A stretch of 64,000 bases of DNA, from the NCBI GenBank assembly GCA_002633005.1, contig NMRA01000267.1, positions 351,765 to 415,764 of the forward strand, written 5' to 3'. The notes beneath the pieces were generated by a model. The model saw only the letters and a list, made by a program, of their open reading frames with translations. It searched no databases and was not told the DNA's origin. The DNA is from Phoronis australis (lineage: Eukaryota > Animalia > Phoronida). Below are positions 26,230 through 40,572 of this stretch, in pieces; position 1 is the stretch's first letter; every line of letters starts with the position of its first letter. Made by a program: the position numbers and the translations under genes.

Positions 26230-26365
26230 AGGCCTATGTCCGCCAGTGGCCGGCATCCACACACTTTTTTCACTTGGTTCACCCTTTTGACCGCAATTCT
26301 CCACGCCTGTAATAACCTTAGGTCTTTTGGAAATTTGTGACCACCTGCCGAAGAGCACCGGGAAA
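26230..26365 (-). pseudogene. THAP zinc-finger remnant (transposon derived)
   Basis: CSS.GGHKFPKDLRLLQAWRIAVKR matches the THAP FP...W pattern. Confidence 0.6.
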
Positions 26366-27214
26366 AAGCAATAATATGGTTTAGCGCGACGACGTATTTT
26401 GATAATAATTCGGTCTTTTTACCAGCTTTTTTCATGCAGACAGTGACGCATGCTCAATTCAATCACCACTAGTACTGCAGCGACACCGCGTCGAATAGCC
26501 CCATTCTGTTTTTGTATTGGGTCAGCTACGGCTGCAAGAGCAAAACTGTCATTATGAGTCATTGCATTATAGTTGACTAATTTGCAAACAACTTACACGC
26601 TTTAAATGTATGCCTTTCAATACGTGAATACATAATTACGCATAAAAGTATCTTTAATTTCGCCAAAAATCTGAATGCAACCAATCATAAGTAAAATACA
26701 ATATTTGTTTTCGTGTCTAGAGATATTTGTTGAACATGCGCTGTTTTGAATTTTGGTACAACCACGAATGTCATCGTCACGTCAATTATGTGCAAAACCC
26801 ACACCCAAGGGTTTCGTAACGGATATTCTTCAATCACTATCCGCCTCGTCACGTGAACAATTGACCTATCGCAAACCCCGCCCCCTTGCGAAATGTCGAC
26901 AAACAAAAAATAAATTTTACTCGGAAACGAGTTGCTTGTCGGGTAAAATGAAGACATGAAATCGCAGGTGTATCAAGAATGCTGCGTTGTGATTGCTCAG
27001 TTAAGCCGTCACTCAAACTCCTGGCGATATGTCAATAACACGGCAGCGTTACCAAAAACAACGCTAATTTTCGGAAGTATATAATGTGTGTGCCATCACG
27101 AAATTTAGTTGTACATCGTTTGACGTCCAGAAAAACAAGTTTGGTATCTTCCCCTTGAGTAATCTTCTTTACGGAAACAAGTCTTGTGGAAACAACGACG
27201 GTCCGACTTACGCG

Positions 27215-28165
27215 ATGGAATCGCACAACAGCACTGTCTTACCCTGGTATCTGACAAATAACGTTCCGGAGGTTGTGTCTTATACGTTTTCTGTCATTGA
27301 CTTGATCATTGCAGCAGTAACGCTTATAGGAAATGCTATCGTAGGTTGGCTGTTTTTTACCAATCATCAGGTTCGATCAGAAAACATCAGCATCTTTGTG
27401 GTTGCTTTGGCCCAAACGGACTTCGTTATTGGTTGTTCATTAGTTCTTAGCGCGTTCAGAGCTCATCTCGTGCCTCTTTATTGGCGGTCGCTACCAATCG
27501 AGGACATTTCAAGTCCAGCAGCGTGCAAAGTAATGATGTATCCCACACTTTATGGGTTCACAGCCACGAACTACATGTTAACAATGTTGGCTGTAGATCG
27601 GTTCATCTTCATCAAATTCCCGCTGCGGTATGAATTCCTGATGACCCGGCGCGTTTACGTAAACGTAGTCATGGGTGGTTTACTGCTTGCGTTAACGATA
27701 CCTGCTATCTTGTTAGCTACAGCGTCAACAGACTTACCGGAACAGAGGTGCATTTTGGAAACCATAATTTCTAGCAAACCTGCTCTAGATATTTATTTGA
27801 TTTTGACAGTATACATACCGATGGTACTAATAGTAACTTTTCACTCTTACGTTGCCATTATGGCCTACAAACAGCGCAACAAAATAAACTCGTCGGATGC
27901 TTCCCAGTCGCTGAAGGGTCAATTCAAGATAACGAAAGCCATACTGCACTTCGTGTTGTTCTTTATACTGTGCAACATACCAATCACCGTAGTTTCACGT
28001 ATTGTGCGATTCCCGTCAGGCAACGAACCGGTGTGGTTTGTGATTTTAAGATTTTCTGTTGTTGACATATTGGTTTGCAATTCCATGTTAAATCCATTTT
28101 TCTACGCTTTTAAGATTGACGTGTTTGGTAAAGCATTTGCCAAATTTATGTCGTGCAAAAAGTAA
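27215..28165 (+). CDS. Class A (rhodopsin-like) G protein-coupled receptor, single coding exon, 316 aa
   Basis: Seven hydrophobic segments; GN (TM1), LAQTD (TM2), C...DRF (TM3), YIP (TM5), CNIP (TM6), NSMLNPFFY (TM7); N-glycosylation sequon NST near the N-terminus. First in-frame ATG at 27215; the ORF is open from 27086. Confidence 0.95.
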   Translation: MESHNSTVLPWYLTNNVPEVVSYTFSVIDLIIAAVTLIGNAIVGWLFFTNHQVRSENISIFVVALAQTDFVIGCSLVLSAFRAHLVPLYWRSLPIEDISSPAACKVMMYPTLYGFTATNYMLTMLAVDRFIFIKFPLRYEFLMTRRVYVNVVMGGLLLALTIPAILLATASTDLPEQRCILETIISSKPALDIYLILTVYIPMVLIVTFHSYVAIMAYKQRNKINSSDASQSLKGQFKITKAILHFVLFFILCNIPITVVSRIVRFPSGNEPVWFVILRFSVVDILVCNSMLNPFFYAFKIDVFGKAFAKFMSCKK

Positions 28166-30311
28166 ACTGACTAGTATGATAACAGTGCATACAAAATATT
28201 TGAAAATCAGTGTAAGTATTCCTCGTAAAAACGTGTAACCAGTCTGAGTCATGTTGGAAAATCTACTTTTGTCATATTACTACCGTGGTATCGTGTTATC
28301 AAAGCTCAAATCAACATTTGCTCGCAAAGACGTCCCTTATACCGACAATTATGGTATCGAATGTTTTCTGGAAATTTGGTCCCCGTTATGAATCCAAAAT
28401 TTAACCCCCCAATGAAAGGCGATTAGACGGACATTAAGGTTTAACTCTCACCGGTAGGCAGTCATTTCACCGTCATGAATGATCAAAAACACCGGACCAT
28501 CATACAGACGCGATGCTCTCGCAACACCAAAAGCAGAGGTAGGAAGAGGCAGTGATTTCATGTTGTTATCAATGGTGTTATAATGATAATCCGTAAGGAG
28601 ATTTCAAGCATTGACTGGAGAAGGATTCATGAAAAGTCAAACCTTAAGTAAAATCTTTTGTCCCTTTTGATAATGTCTGTATAGAGTGTTACCAGATTTT
28701 GCAAATTGGACACTAGCATTTAGCTGATATATTGTTTTTGAAAGGACGGTGAAATAGTTTGTTTTATTTATTACATGGTCAGTGACGATGATCATGGTGA
28801 TCCATTACTTTGCAGTGACGAGTTATTTTCTTTCAAGAACATTACAACAGCATTTCAACATTGGTGAAGTTGCTCTAACATACGGTTGCTCCAAGTACAA
28901 AAGTATATCATCGACATGAAACACGATTACGAGACTAACTGAGCTCCAAAAATTGTGAGGATCATTGACCTGAAACTTGTCTGATTAAAAATTGCAGTAC
29001 CTCCAACTTTCTCGCCGGAGAACACTTCTTAATCATATATCGTAAAACTATTTAAGTCTTAACTTTGACCGAAATAACAATGCCGTCATTCCTTCACATG
29101 TCACGTTGCGCTTGTTTGAACAACGCTGTTGACGTGATGCCAACAATCAAATTTGAGAATGAAACGGAGCCCTGAACGTGATCAGTGAGAAAGGCTGGTG
29201 ATTACTGCTCGTTATTGCAAAGGATTGTCGAATATTTTTTCGAGTGAAACAGTACCTTTTTGATGTTTTAAAAAAGAAACCACCTGAAAATATTCATATT
29301 GTGGAAAATGGGCAATGTTCAGTAGTGGAAACTTATATTAAAAATAGTGCAAATGAAACCACTTTTTTCAACGCTCTCAGATTTGGAATACTTATTTGAA
29401 TGAGCATCTTTGCCCATCTTTTTCTTTCCTTGCCCTACATTTTCTCTATTACCCAATCATCCTCTGACGTTACGTATCTACTTATTAGCACGCCCAGAGT
29501 CTCTTATTGACGTGGCAATGGCGTTTGAGTTGTTTTTACTGTTGTTAAAATCCCGTAGTAACGTTATTTTGTTACTTTGTTTCAACTATTATCCGTAGGA
29601 CTATGCCAACAATATTTTATGCTATCGTTGTTGTTGTTGTTATTACAACGTCGTAGGATGTTGTGCCGGTACAACTTTGAATGATCTTCATAACAATTTC
29701 TTGCCATATTTAGACCAATGTCAGTGTTCATTTACTGTGGTAGTCACTATTATTGTTGTTATTACATCGTTGTATTACCATTATTTTGAATTGTTTATTA
29801 TAACAGTGTCGTGCTCTGTTTCGAACCATTGTAATTATTCAAATACATCACCATCAATCAGCGTTCGAAATACACGCTGGCCCGATGGCCTGGGGCCAGT
29901 GGATTTGAGGCTGGTATCATGTAAAATTTCTTACCCGTACATGTATTTTTTACCACAAGTACCCTGTTGCGCACGTGCGATTTTGAGGGTCACTTATTTC
30001 ATGCCTAAGTCGTAAAATACATGGCCTCGTGAAATATCTTACCTGTCGAAGACGGAAAGCACACTGTAAAATTAGTTTAAAATAGAAGTTTACTAGATGT
30101 GTGATTATGTAACGAATTTGGTTTATTGTGATTGTTATGTTAGACATTGATCAATGAATTATAATTGATCAACTTCAAATCAGTCACCATCCGTTAGGCT
30201 TGCGCACATGCTACAGTGTCAGCGGGTTTTGGTCATGTTGGTTTGTGTTATTGTACTTTGTAAATTGTGTTATTAGTTATTACTTATGTTTAAACCTATC
30301 ATCTCCCCCCA

Positions 30312-30319
<8 letters not shown>

Positions 30320-30370
<51 letters not shown>

Positions 30371-30373
30371 TCC

Positions 30374-30404
<31 letters not shown>

Positions 30405-30412
30405 GCTCGCTC
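30320..30412. repeat. (CT)n microsatellite
   Basis: Direct inspection. Confidence 0.95.
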
Positions 30413-31399
30413 TATTTGCGGGGAGGAATCCCGTAGCTAGGTAGGAAAAATACTTCTTATTCGAAGAACTTGCGTGTTCGATCTAAGACGGGAAATTAAT
30501 GGCCTTGGTATCTTTCGCAAAACTTAAGAATTTATTATTCTATTTTTAAAACGTTTTCGGTTAAACTGCATGCATACTTTACTTCATTTTGCTCTTGTTG
30601 TGGTTGATTGCGATTGTAATGTAAAATAAAAGGATATTTCGTTTTCACAGTTATTTTGCGTGAAAGACGTTTCCTGCTCAAAAATTGTTAACTTAACGGC
30701 GAAAGAGCTGATAACGTCAAAACTGAAAATGATTTAACTCTACCCGAAATGTGATTTTACTCTGGCTGGCACCGTAGACCCCTAAATTAGTGATATTGCA
30801 TCGATTCTGGTTCAAGATTCAATGTTACCCTCATGTCTTTCAAGGAATTATGCAGTGCACTTGCCACTTTATACATGCGCGCACCCCGCCTAAAATATAG
30901 GGGTGCTCGAATTTTTCATTATGTGGACCTTTTGCTGAAAAATACTGGAACTAAGAAAAAATATAAAAACATTGTCTTACATTTATCCCCACGAATTGTG
31001 AATTCGCGCCGAATTCCTGTGGACTTTTGGCTCGTTTTCTCGGACTTTTTGTTTTTCTGAGGAGGACTTTTTGTTTGTTCACTTCGCCAAGGGGGGTTGG
31101 GGCTACTTCGAGCCTACCGAGCCCCCCTGGGTGCGAGCATGTTATACAGACCTGTAAAGATGACTGGTTTTTTAGTCCAAGAATTCTTTGCAGGCCCATA
31201 AACGAAATAAACCTTACCTAAAAATGTTGCGTGGATTTCTTAATGTTGAAGAATTGTTACCCCCTCTCAATTTTCTGTGTTGATTCACGGGTTGATACAA
31301 TAAAGAATCCTAATCAAAGTTTTCATTACCTATATGATTCTTGGTTAGCAGTGAAACATGCTCATACTAGTTCTCATTTATTGAAAAATCAGAAAATGT

Positions 31400-32030
31400 T
31401 TTAGTACAAAGTCAAATCGAAATCGCTTTCAATGTCGACACTTTCAAAATAACATCAACAACACTTGGTATAAAACATGATTACAATCTCCATTAAAAGT
31501 CTAGATCAAGAAAAACAGGTGTTGTACAACTGGATAAAACATGAGAGCCAAAAACCTAGCATAAATGGAGTCACAACGGTAAGTTATCAACATTTTTATA
31601 CAAAGTCAAAGCAAAATCGCTTTCAATGAGTTGAACTCGAAAACCGATGTTCTTTGACTGTGAGAAGCAAAAAGCTAGCATGTCTGGGACCACTAATGAA
31701 ATTCGCCCAAATTTTACTACATACTTGAACCAAAGTCGCTTTCAAAATCAAGTCTTGGTAAATAACATATTCATAATGCCTAAGGAAAGCCTTGGAGACA
31801 AAAACAGAAGTTCTTTAACTTGATTAATTATAAGAGCCAGAAAGCTAGCATAACTGAGGCCGCAACTGAAGTCTCAAATATACTGATACAAAATCGCTTC
31901 TGGGAGTCTATATGATTGTACAAAACATTTTCTTAATGTCTACTGAGAATTTACACTCCATAAATAGATGTTATTTTACTTGATTAACTACAAGAGCCAA
32001 AAAACTAGCATTTCTCGGTACCGATTTGAA
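31400..32030 (+). repeat. Diverged tandem repeat, about 4 units of 120-190 bp
   Basis: aaatcgcttt recurs at ~31420, 31614, 31733 and 31891; gagcca.aaa.ctagcat recurs at ~31545, 31665, 31834 and 31994. Confidence 0.7.
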
Positions 32031-34299
32031 AACATCAGAAGCGTGTGTGTCATGACCGTGAACAACACAGCAACGCAGCTGCAAATGAAGAAAATAAGAC
32101 GTTAAACAGTGTACAAAAAAACCAAAGAAATCAGCACAGTATGTTGCCAAGAATTTCCGATAATGGGACAAATTCCCACTACACTTTAAAGAGGCAAGCG
32201 AAAGCTCGTGAATAGAAGTGATGCTTCTGGCAAGCAAAGTATTACCATATGACTGCAGTCATGCATGTTAGTAGTGACAACCAGGCTCATCTTGCAGGCT
32301 TCATTACTGCCAAACTGATGAATCATCCGTCATCATCAAACATTTCATTTCAACTGCACTGTCAGTTGTCTTTTACCTAACCTAGGCTTTATTTAAGGAC
32401 ATAAATTAATTATTAACAGCGTAAATTAAAGTTAATTTACTCTACAACTAATAAATTTACGATGTAAAAAGTTAATTTACGCGACAAAGAATAATTTACG
32501 CCATTGAAAGATTTGTGCCGCAAAGAATTAACTCACGCCTGTAACAAGAATTAATTTACGCATGTAATTCACCACAGTTTCAATTTATGGTTGTTTTTTC
32601 ATATTTTGTATTTTGGTCTTTGCCTATTACAAATCTGCAAAAATGTGGGGTCACTGAATTAGTTTTATCCGTTACAGTCGTCCTAAGTAAAGGCACCTCT
32701 GGCAAAAAAGGACATTTAAATTGGTTACGAACGAGTCACCTCTAATTATATTAATGATTAAAATTATTCTGCACAGGAATTAATTTCGTTACACGAAGTC
32801 TGTTTTATGTTTTGACGACTCTATTTCTATATTCTGGTTTATTGATTTCCTGACATCGTAGTAGAAGTAAACGATTTTTGCCTTCTACACAAAAACTTTC
32901 AACGTTAGTTTTGTTCTTCGATTAAGCTTCAATTTCATGCCAATCGTGCATCCTGTGAAAGCAAAAAACAAGGGGTCACCGACTTCGTTTTTGAGCTATC
33001 AAATAGCTTCACATAAGAATGCGTAATTTCACCTTCTTAAAAGCCCCATGCATTTCACTTGATGGTGACTATGTTACGTTTTTTTGAATTCGAAATAAGT
33101 TTACTGGCAATTAGTCAATAAGAGGTTACTTATTTAATGAATTTAAAATTGCCGTTTGAATATAAGTCACGTGTAATACCTACATTTGTGTTTGCCAATT
33201 GCTTAGTATGACGTCATTGTAAACTTTGATGTCGTGCGCTATTAATAAACAATAAAATAACAAAAACTCAAGTCAGAACCATCATAATCAAATTATATAA
33301 TCTTCTTTTTGAAACAAAAATCACATTCAAATATATAGAAGTTAGACAATGTCGTAAAACAACGACCACTTTATGGTTTTTGTGGCAAACTGTGTCAAAC
33401 CCCCTTTAAGCCCGTGAACTCTTGAAAAAAGCGTCTTGATTTTTAACAACCAAGCTCTCAAGAAAAGTCCAGATACTTTTGTACCTTATATAATACAGAA
33501 ACAAATTTGCAAGTGTTGTTTGGACAAAAATGTTTGCGAAAAATACGACCATCTGTGAAAAATAACGCTTTTTGAGAAAACAAAATAACGTGCTTACCCT
33601 TAGATATTCAATAATTGATAGCAAAGGTATCCTATTACCTTACGATCAGGTCGTGGGTGCCGGAAAGAATGCTGCTTGCCTGCATCGTCTAGCCTGTAGT
33701 GACACCAGCACTCGCGAATTGCAGTAGCCAACTGCAGTTAAGAGGCTTCCAGGTGCACTAACTGCACGTGGATATCAGTACAAAAGAACTGGCAAATGGT
33801 TGATGCAACCTTGGCAGCCATTGGTTAGCTTTACAACAAAGAAAGAAAATGGCGGACTGTGAACGATTTTTAGCCTCGTCATACATGTGGCGTTCCTGCT
33901 GTAGTGTTTAATAGCCAAGTGCTTGACACATCTGGCCGACTTAAAGGTGTGTTATTCATACTGTGTAAATAAAAGAAAACAACGTAAACAAAAGTCAGCG
34001 ACAGTAGCAAAATGCGCACCGAAAAGGCACCAACAACAACTTTCCGATTGAACATATCCCAATTAGGCACCGATTTGTCCGTAAACCAGACCACAAACCA
34101 TATTCTTCTTTACACTTCCTGTCCGCCAGTTATGCCAGTTTGTTTACTGTAAAGCGTTATCTCTTGAGAATTCCACCAGCCAATCAGAAACGCCGGCGAG
34201 GAAAATTAAATGATACTTGCGTGTTCTCTACCCCCCCTAGCGGACACATAGGCAACCAGTGGGACAACACATGAGGCAAGATTACGGCAGCTCAAGGAA

Positions 34300-35100
34300 G
34301 CCTAGCGACATGATTCATCACTAGAAAGTTATGGGCTAAAGTATACGCCACGACTCAACTACTGATCAAGTGCAACGAAATGTACACGATAAAGGTTCAA
34401 CCGGACTTAGTATCGCCTGTGTAAAGAGCAACCAAGGTGATGCGATAAAAGAGTTACGGAAGTCCTTGAAAAGGCATACCCATGAGTCTGGTCGAGGAGT
34501 ACACACGATCGTATTACCAACGTCTTCTATTTGCCGAGAACGCTATGAGTCGCAGTGACCAAGTTCTGCATATTTTGAAACTTAAACCGGAAGACGATCC
34601 CAAAAGACTGAGTGCTTAAGATTCCGTTGGGAGAAATGCCCCTCATGGAGGTGTCTTTGAAGAGGATACTTTAGCAGTTAACTTGATTGGCCCTTTAACT
34701 TCAATGACAGACAAGGAAGACATGTATGTCCCCGCAGTGAAAGACTTCGATTCCAGCCTCCCATTCAGTAACACTAGGACCTCGCTAAAAACCAAGAATT
34801 TGCGAGATTACGTGACTGGCTAGTTTTTATCCATCTAGGTCGTAGCGTAGGTCCTAGCGTAGGTCCTAGCGTTACTGAATGCACGCCAGGTAGCTTAAGA
34901 TGATGGCACTACCGGAAGTAAAGGTAGTCTGCGTGGCTGAAGACTTTTTAGAAGTCTTCAGTAACAATGGGTTCCCACGGGAGATCCTGAGTGACTGTGG
35001 AACACCATTTACAATGTAACAGATGAAGGAAGTCTACAGAGAAGGCTATGTCGAAAATGTGTTAGGAAAAAACATGAGACTGAGATCGATACCCGTCAGG
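34300..35100 (+). mobile_element. Decayed Gypsy integrase fragment
   Basis: KIPLGEMPL...AVNLIGPL and VAEDFLEVFSNNGFPREILSDCGTPFT..MKEV, interrupted by the MITE at 34757-34888. Confidence 0.7.
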
Positions 35101-37823
35101 AAGTGGAGTACAGGATTTTCACATATTACTTTTCGGCAGGATCCTGTGCAGATCGTGAAAGAGTCATAATCGTTGTACTCAAAATCGAACCTTAATTTAT
35201 TTTTGACATTTTATGTTCTATTTTTGTGCGAACGCAAGGTATGTTCTATAATTCTCTGCAAAATTACATTATGGTTTGCGTGAACTATTGTCCAGTAGTT
35301 TGCACTTAATGGCCCCATCATTAAAACTATAAGTTTGAATCTGAGCTCGAAATTTCGAGTTTCTATCTCTAGCTTGAATGTAGAGGTCATCCAGTGCAAA
35401 TGGAGAGCCGTTCACCTAATTCTAAATATACTCTAACACAGAATAATAGACACTTATCATGAGTTCGTACAAAAATAAAATGGAAAATGTCAAATGTAAT
35501 TTCGACATCAATTTCGTATGCACAGATTACACCTCGGACCCTAAACTTGGATAGCAGTGACGAGGTAGTTGGCTAAAACTAATTAGGTAGGCCTAATATC
35601 TTATTTTGTTTCCAATTAATCACGTCTGTTGCATAAGTAAGTTCAGTCTGCTAACAACCTGTACCCTGTCACTGTTGATTCACTGGAGTTTTGCTTTGTA
35701 TTTGAAGTGACTTGAACGGGTGTGATTCTTTATTTGTCTTCCTGTCTACTGTCCAATTATAATTCCACTCTAGAATTCAACTTGCATACACGGTACAAAA
35801 TCGACCTCATTCGTTTTCGAAACGCTTACTGAGCATTAGCCAGCCAGCTACCTGTAGAAAGACTATATATTTAGTAAAGAGCTTTGCACCAAAGGTAACC
35901 GAGCATTAAAAGTATCCTTATACAAATTATCAGGAAACTTTGTAAATACACATATTTGTACATCATCTTTCATCCAGGTGAAGTACTTGATCCACGACAT
36001 TATAACCAAAACTTCTAGGAAAACTCGATCTAATTTTGAAAAGCAGTCTGGAGTTGTTATCCAGGAACATCAGCAGAGTGAAAAATTTTGCGGGAATCAG
36101 TCTCCATTCCCCTGTAGTGGGTGTCAGAAAAAATTACGGTGTTTGTCCTGAATTTTTTATCTAGAATTTTGCATTTGTAAATGTAACCTTTCAAATTTTC
36201 GGGTTAATGCATTAATGAAATAACAATTATGTTATTACAGAATCGACAACTTGCTAATTCTATTCGCAGTTTGAAAAAAAGACCTTCATGGGAGGTGCAT
36301 TTATAGGTGTTTATGTTATATGATTCACCAGAAATTGCAAAAGCCTGAATGTAATTAGGATGCTCGAAACTCTAGATTTGCAACTAAGCAGAGTTAGTCT
36401 AGGATTTCGAGCAAATGAGCTTTCTCATATGTACATCCTTGATTACAACAAACCGGAACCGGGTGTTTGTTGATAGTGAATGTGAACATAATCCGGTGCA
36501 GAGGTATGTTTTGGATGTAAAGCTACCTATTCTGGGAAGTCACTGTTGTCAAAGTAATTATAGGTACTGGGGACAAGGGTTCTGTTTCATAAAAATGACT
36601 TAAAACGTAAGACCGAAATTTTTGGTATCACGCTCCCACGTTGCTGTTACGATCAACGTGTCACTTTGGCTCTGACCTGCTGTGCTATGTTTTATGTTCA
36701 AAAGGCCGATACTGTACATTTTTAAGTAGTAGCAACCAGTCACCTACTTTATTAGGCATTTTTGTGACACCCTCACTGACTATAATCACTCTTGTTGTGT
36801 TTTTCAGTGTCTTGGTTGTCATGTATGAAATGATTTCATAGCAAATGATTACACCGTTTCATCTTACGTACTTTTGATCTCGCAATCTTTTTAAGAATGC
36901 GACCAATTTTTTGCTCAGCGTCAACGTTTAGACACGAAAGTGCAAATTGTTGGAGACCACAGGAAGAATAGATGCTACTGGGAGAAGAATATATATCTGA
37001 TGGAAGATTCTCTGAATTTCGAAAAAAATGCCATCATGGATAAACAAATTCATGATTTTAACAGTGTGAACCGTGATGCGACATTACTTAACGCCTCTCT
37101 TTAAAATTGAAATGAAGACATGAGTGGATGAAAATCTAATCATGTTAATCACTAGATAGAGACCAGCATCTGATAAGTTAGCTCTACATATTCCCAAATC
37201 ACAATTCCAAATGCATTTAATTTAAAATGTCTTGTTTTCACACTGGAAGACAACAACGGTGTTTTGAATCAAAATATGAATGCCGTAAGTCAATGCTGTC
37301 AACGAAACTAGGATTCACCCCTTTTTTAAGAAGATACTGAAATCTTGTTACTAATATTTTTAGAATATTACCAAGCAATCATGAGTACATTACAGTCGAG
37401 AAATAGTTTGTAGACATTATATCAGTTACTTGAAATTTTGTGCATTTTCTCAAATAATTTGCACTTTTGCTCAAGCGAGATTTAATTATTTTTCCAAAAT
37501 AGTTGTGTGGAGTGTCTGCTGAGACAATTTCTATAATTCCATACATTTCACAGATCCTATGCATTTCCACAATAGGTTTATCAAATAAGCTTATACGTGT
37601 AATTTAAACCATTGACATCTCCAATCCCACTCAAACGCTTTCTTGAAGAGACAATTAATTCTGAACCTGCCTCTTACAATGTTTTGTTGTTAATGTGTGA
37701 AAACTAAAATATCTAGGCGGAATGTTGTTTTCCAGAGCCAGGTTGAGCTTCTGAAATCGTTCTTATTTCTTCCGTCCAATTTTTGAAAATGTTGCACTAA
37801 TTCAAGCCTCATCCAACAGTGTT

Positions 37824-40572
37824 TGTTATGTTTTTGTAATAAAAAGAAGCAGAAACGAATAAAAGAAATGTAAAATATATTGACAGGAACTAAGAATGAC
37901 GTCACAAAAGGGTTTTAATAGGTCTGGAAATTCATCTCAGATAATTTTGCTGAAACTCTACATCACTTTTCTTGTCTTCAAAACAAACAACACCAACTTT
38001 GTCATTTTGGCTGTCATCACGCAAAATGGAATTCCTACAGAGTGCAGTGACATCAATCTTTAGTTGTCGAACTGCCGTTCGGCCAACAATATTCAAATCT
38101 TGTTTGCTTACTACTAATTCAATGTTTGCTGTATGCTGCAAATCGGACTGTAATGTTGCGTTTGTACTGAAAATTCCCTGAACTGGTAATGGTTTTTCAT
38201 TTCCGCGAAATACTGATTGTGTGATGGAGATAAAACAGGTTTTCTACGTTTAAACCAAATCTTCTCCGAAATGAAATTGTCCGGTGATCCAGTATCTACG
38301 TCAAATGTCTGTTTTTTGCCGCATATGTGAACAACAATCTGAATTGGATATCGATCCGAAATGTGATTAACTTTCTGTTCTGGCCTTGCTAAAATACTGC
38401 TTACTTTATCCCTAGCCTTTCTTTTGCTTAGACATACAGCATCTATACGATCTTTCTTGTGACAGAAACGGCATTCAGTCTCTTTAAAACGACAATCCAT
38501 TGCCGCGTGGTCTTTTTTCCACAACGGGGACATGCTCTCTTTGGAAAATGCCTAAACTTTTGTATTTTGCCCTGCCTGCTTTCTTCCCTCCTTTTCTTTT
38601 GTAACTTAAGCACCGGATCTCCGTAAACCGTTTCTTTTGCAATTTTGGACGCCTCTTCAATTTCTGTTGCTCTTTCTATGGTTTTCTTAAAAGATAATTC
38701 GTCATCTTTTATTTTGAAAAGGGCTTTTAGGACAGCCTCATTATTAATTGAACAAATAAATCTAATTCTCATAGCTTCGTCCTGAGGATCCTTTATTGTT
38801 GGAAAATCGCATTTTGCAGCGTCTTGTCGAATACACAGGCGCTTGGGTTTATGGCAAATGACGTCACTCAATAATATATATAAGAAAACATAAAGGTTGG
38901 ACACTCGAAATCTGTTTGCTCAGAATTTTCTACTCAAATATGCATGGAACTCCACGAAACTAGCATCGGACAACTCTTAGAATACCTTCTTTCATTTGAT
39001 CTCTTCAAATTGCCTTCGAGTGGTGATTTGGCGACAAAAATGCCAAAAGAATGCCAAAATCACAAATTCAAGGACCTGATTCCGTGATGTCATGGCAGAC
39101 GGTCTTCGCACATCCGGGTTTTGACCGACGCTCCCGAGCTAAATCCGAAAGTCTAATTTCGCGCGGCTTTCGCCGTCAATCCATCGACTACTTGATCATG
39201 AGAAGCAGAGAGCACTTTATTGCCAAATAAATGTAATTACTCACATATTTGTGTCAAATATAAATTATCCTGATACAGTATTGATATGCGAAGTTTTTTG
39301 TGTACTGTGATTTCTTATGAAGGTTTTACTTTTGGCCAAAACCATTGAGTTAACTCGTCGGCCACGCGCATTGTAATACTTGCACGGGCTGCGTTTCCTG
39401 GCCGAGTGTGTGTTGTGCTTCAATCAAAAAAGTGCGTGATGTCAAGATGAGAAACAAGATACGCCAGTTTATGCAATAAAATTCTAAGTTAAGGGCTAAA
39501 ATGAGCCGTCAGTGGAATAAAGTTACAAATAATCATTAAAATACTAACTTTAACATTCTCAATTAGTTGAGTTTTGGATTAGAGTTATTGAATTTGAAAT
39601 ATAGGTTGCTTGCTCAAACTTGAAGTTTCACCTACGTCAGGCGTACAAGTTGAAGCACAACAGAAATCCGCCATGTTTACTATTTCAGGTCCTTGAATTC
39701 AGAGTTTTGAGATTGTTTTGGAAATTCCATCGCCAATTCACCACTCACGAAGACAGTTAATGGGATCTAGGAAAGATAAGGCTTCGAAGGTTTATGCAAC
39801 ACCAGACTGAGGGAGGTGCACGCAGATTTTATTTGGATTTTGGACGGTTGAAGTTGGGAGCCTCGGCTTTGCAAAGTTTAAGTGTCCAACCTTTATGTCT
39901 TCTTATATATATATATATATCTATATATTGTGACGTCATTTGCGATAAACCCAAGCGCCTGTGGTCGAATACGAGCTGCTAGCTCCTGTATCGTCTCACC
40001 TGGCTGTCTTTTTGCGTTAGACCAAAATTTGAATCGCTCCCGGACTACAAAATACTTCGAATCGAATTGATTCTACATCAGTGTTGTAATTTCATTGATT
40101 GTCAGGTGATTGATATACTTGGGAGGTGTCTGCTGCTCTGCCAAAGTTGCAAGCAACTTATAAACTGTAGACGTCTGATTCGTCAAGAAAGTTTGTGAAA
40201 GTTTCTCCTTAGGTATGGAGTGTGCCCCTGCAAATGTTTGGGATCTGGACCAATAATCCTTCCAGAGTTCCAGTGAACTGTCGAACGCACCAAAAGTTGG
40301 CGAAGATGTCGTTGGTTGGTGCATCAGCCTTCTAGTTATCATCTCAGCAAAACGCTTAGGATTCTCTTGCTGTTGCTTGATTTGTTGTTGTAATAACGAA
40401 ATAATGCCAGCCAACTCACCCATCTTTTTATATCCTGCCAACTGTGCCAAAATCTGTTATGTTTTTGTAATAGAAAGAAGCAGAAACGTATAAAAGAAAT
40501 ATAAAATATTGACAGGAATTAAGAATGACATCACAAAAGGATGACGTCATAGAAAACTATTACATCACAACA
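37824..40572 (-). mobile_element. Mag-clade Gypsy LTR retrotransposon with gag and protease only
   Basis: 118-bp 5' LTR at 40455-40572; partial 3' LTR at 37824-37911; 5-bp TSD gtgtt/atgtt; tRNA-Ser-like PBS tggcacagttggcaggat at 40432-40449. Gag WKDYWSR..., two zinc knuckles and protease FDVDTGS. Absent from duplication copy 1. Confidence 0.92.
38834..39963. mobile_element. Non-autonomous P-like (or hAT) element nested in Gypsy gag
   Basis: TIR cacaggcgcttgggtttat.gcaaatgacgtcac, extending imperfectly to ~250 bp; 8-bp TSD gtcgaata. Removal restores ELAARIRQDAAKCDF. Confidence 0.9.

Noticed and set aside
28420-29000. GIY-YIG-like (SPVGSHF) and RT-like (HVDDIL) remnants
   Set aside because: Single short motifs in heavily stopped frames; insufficient without a homology search.
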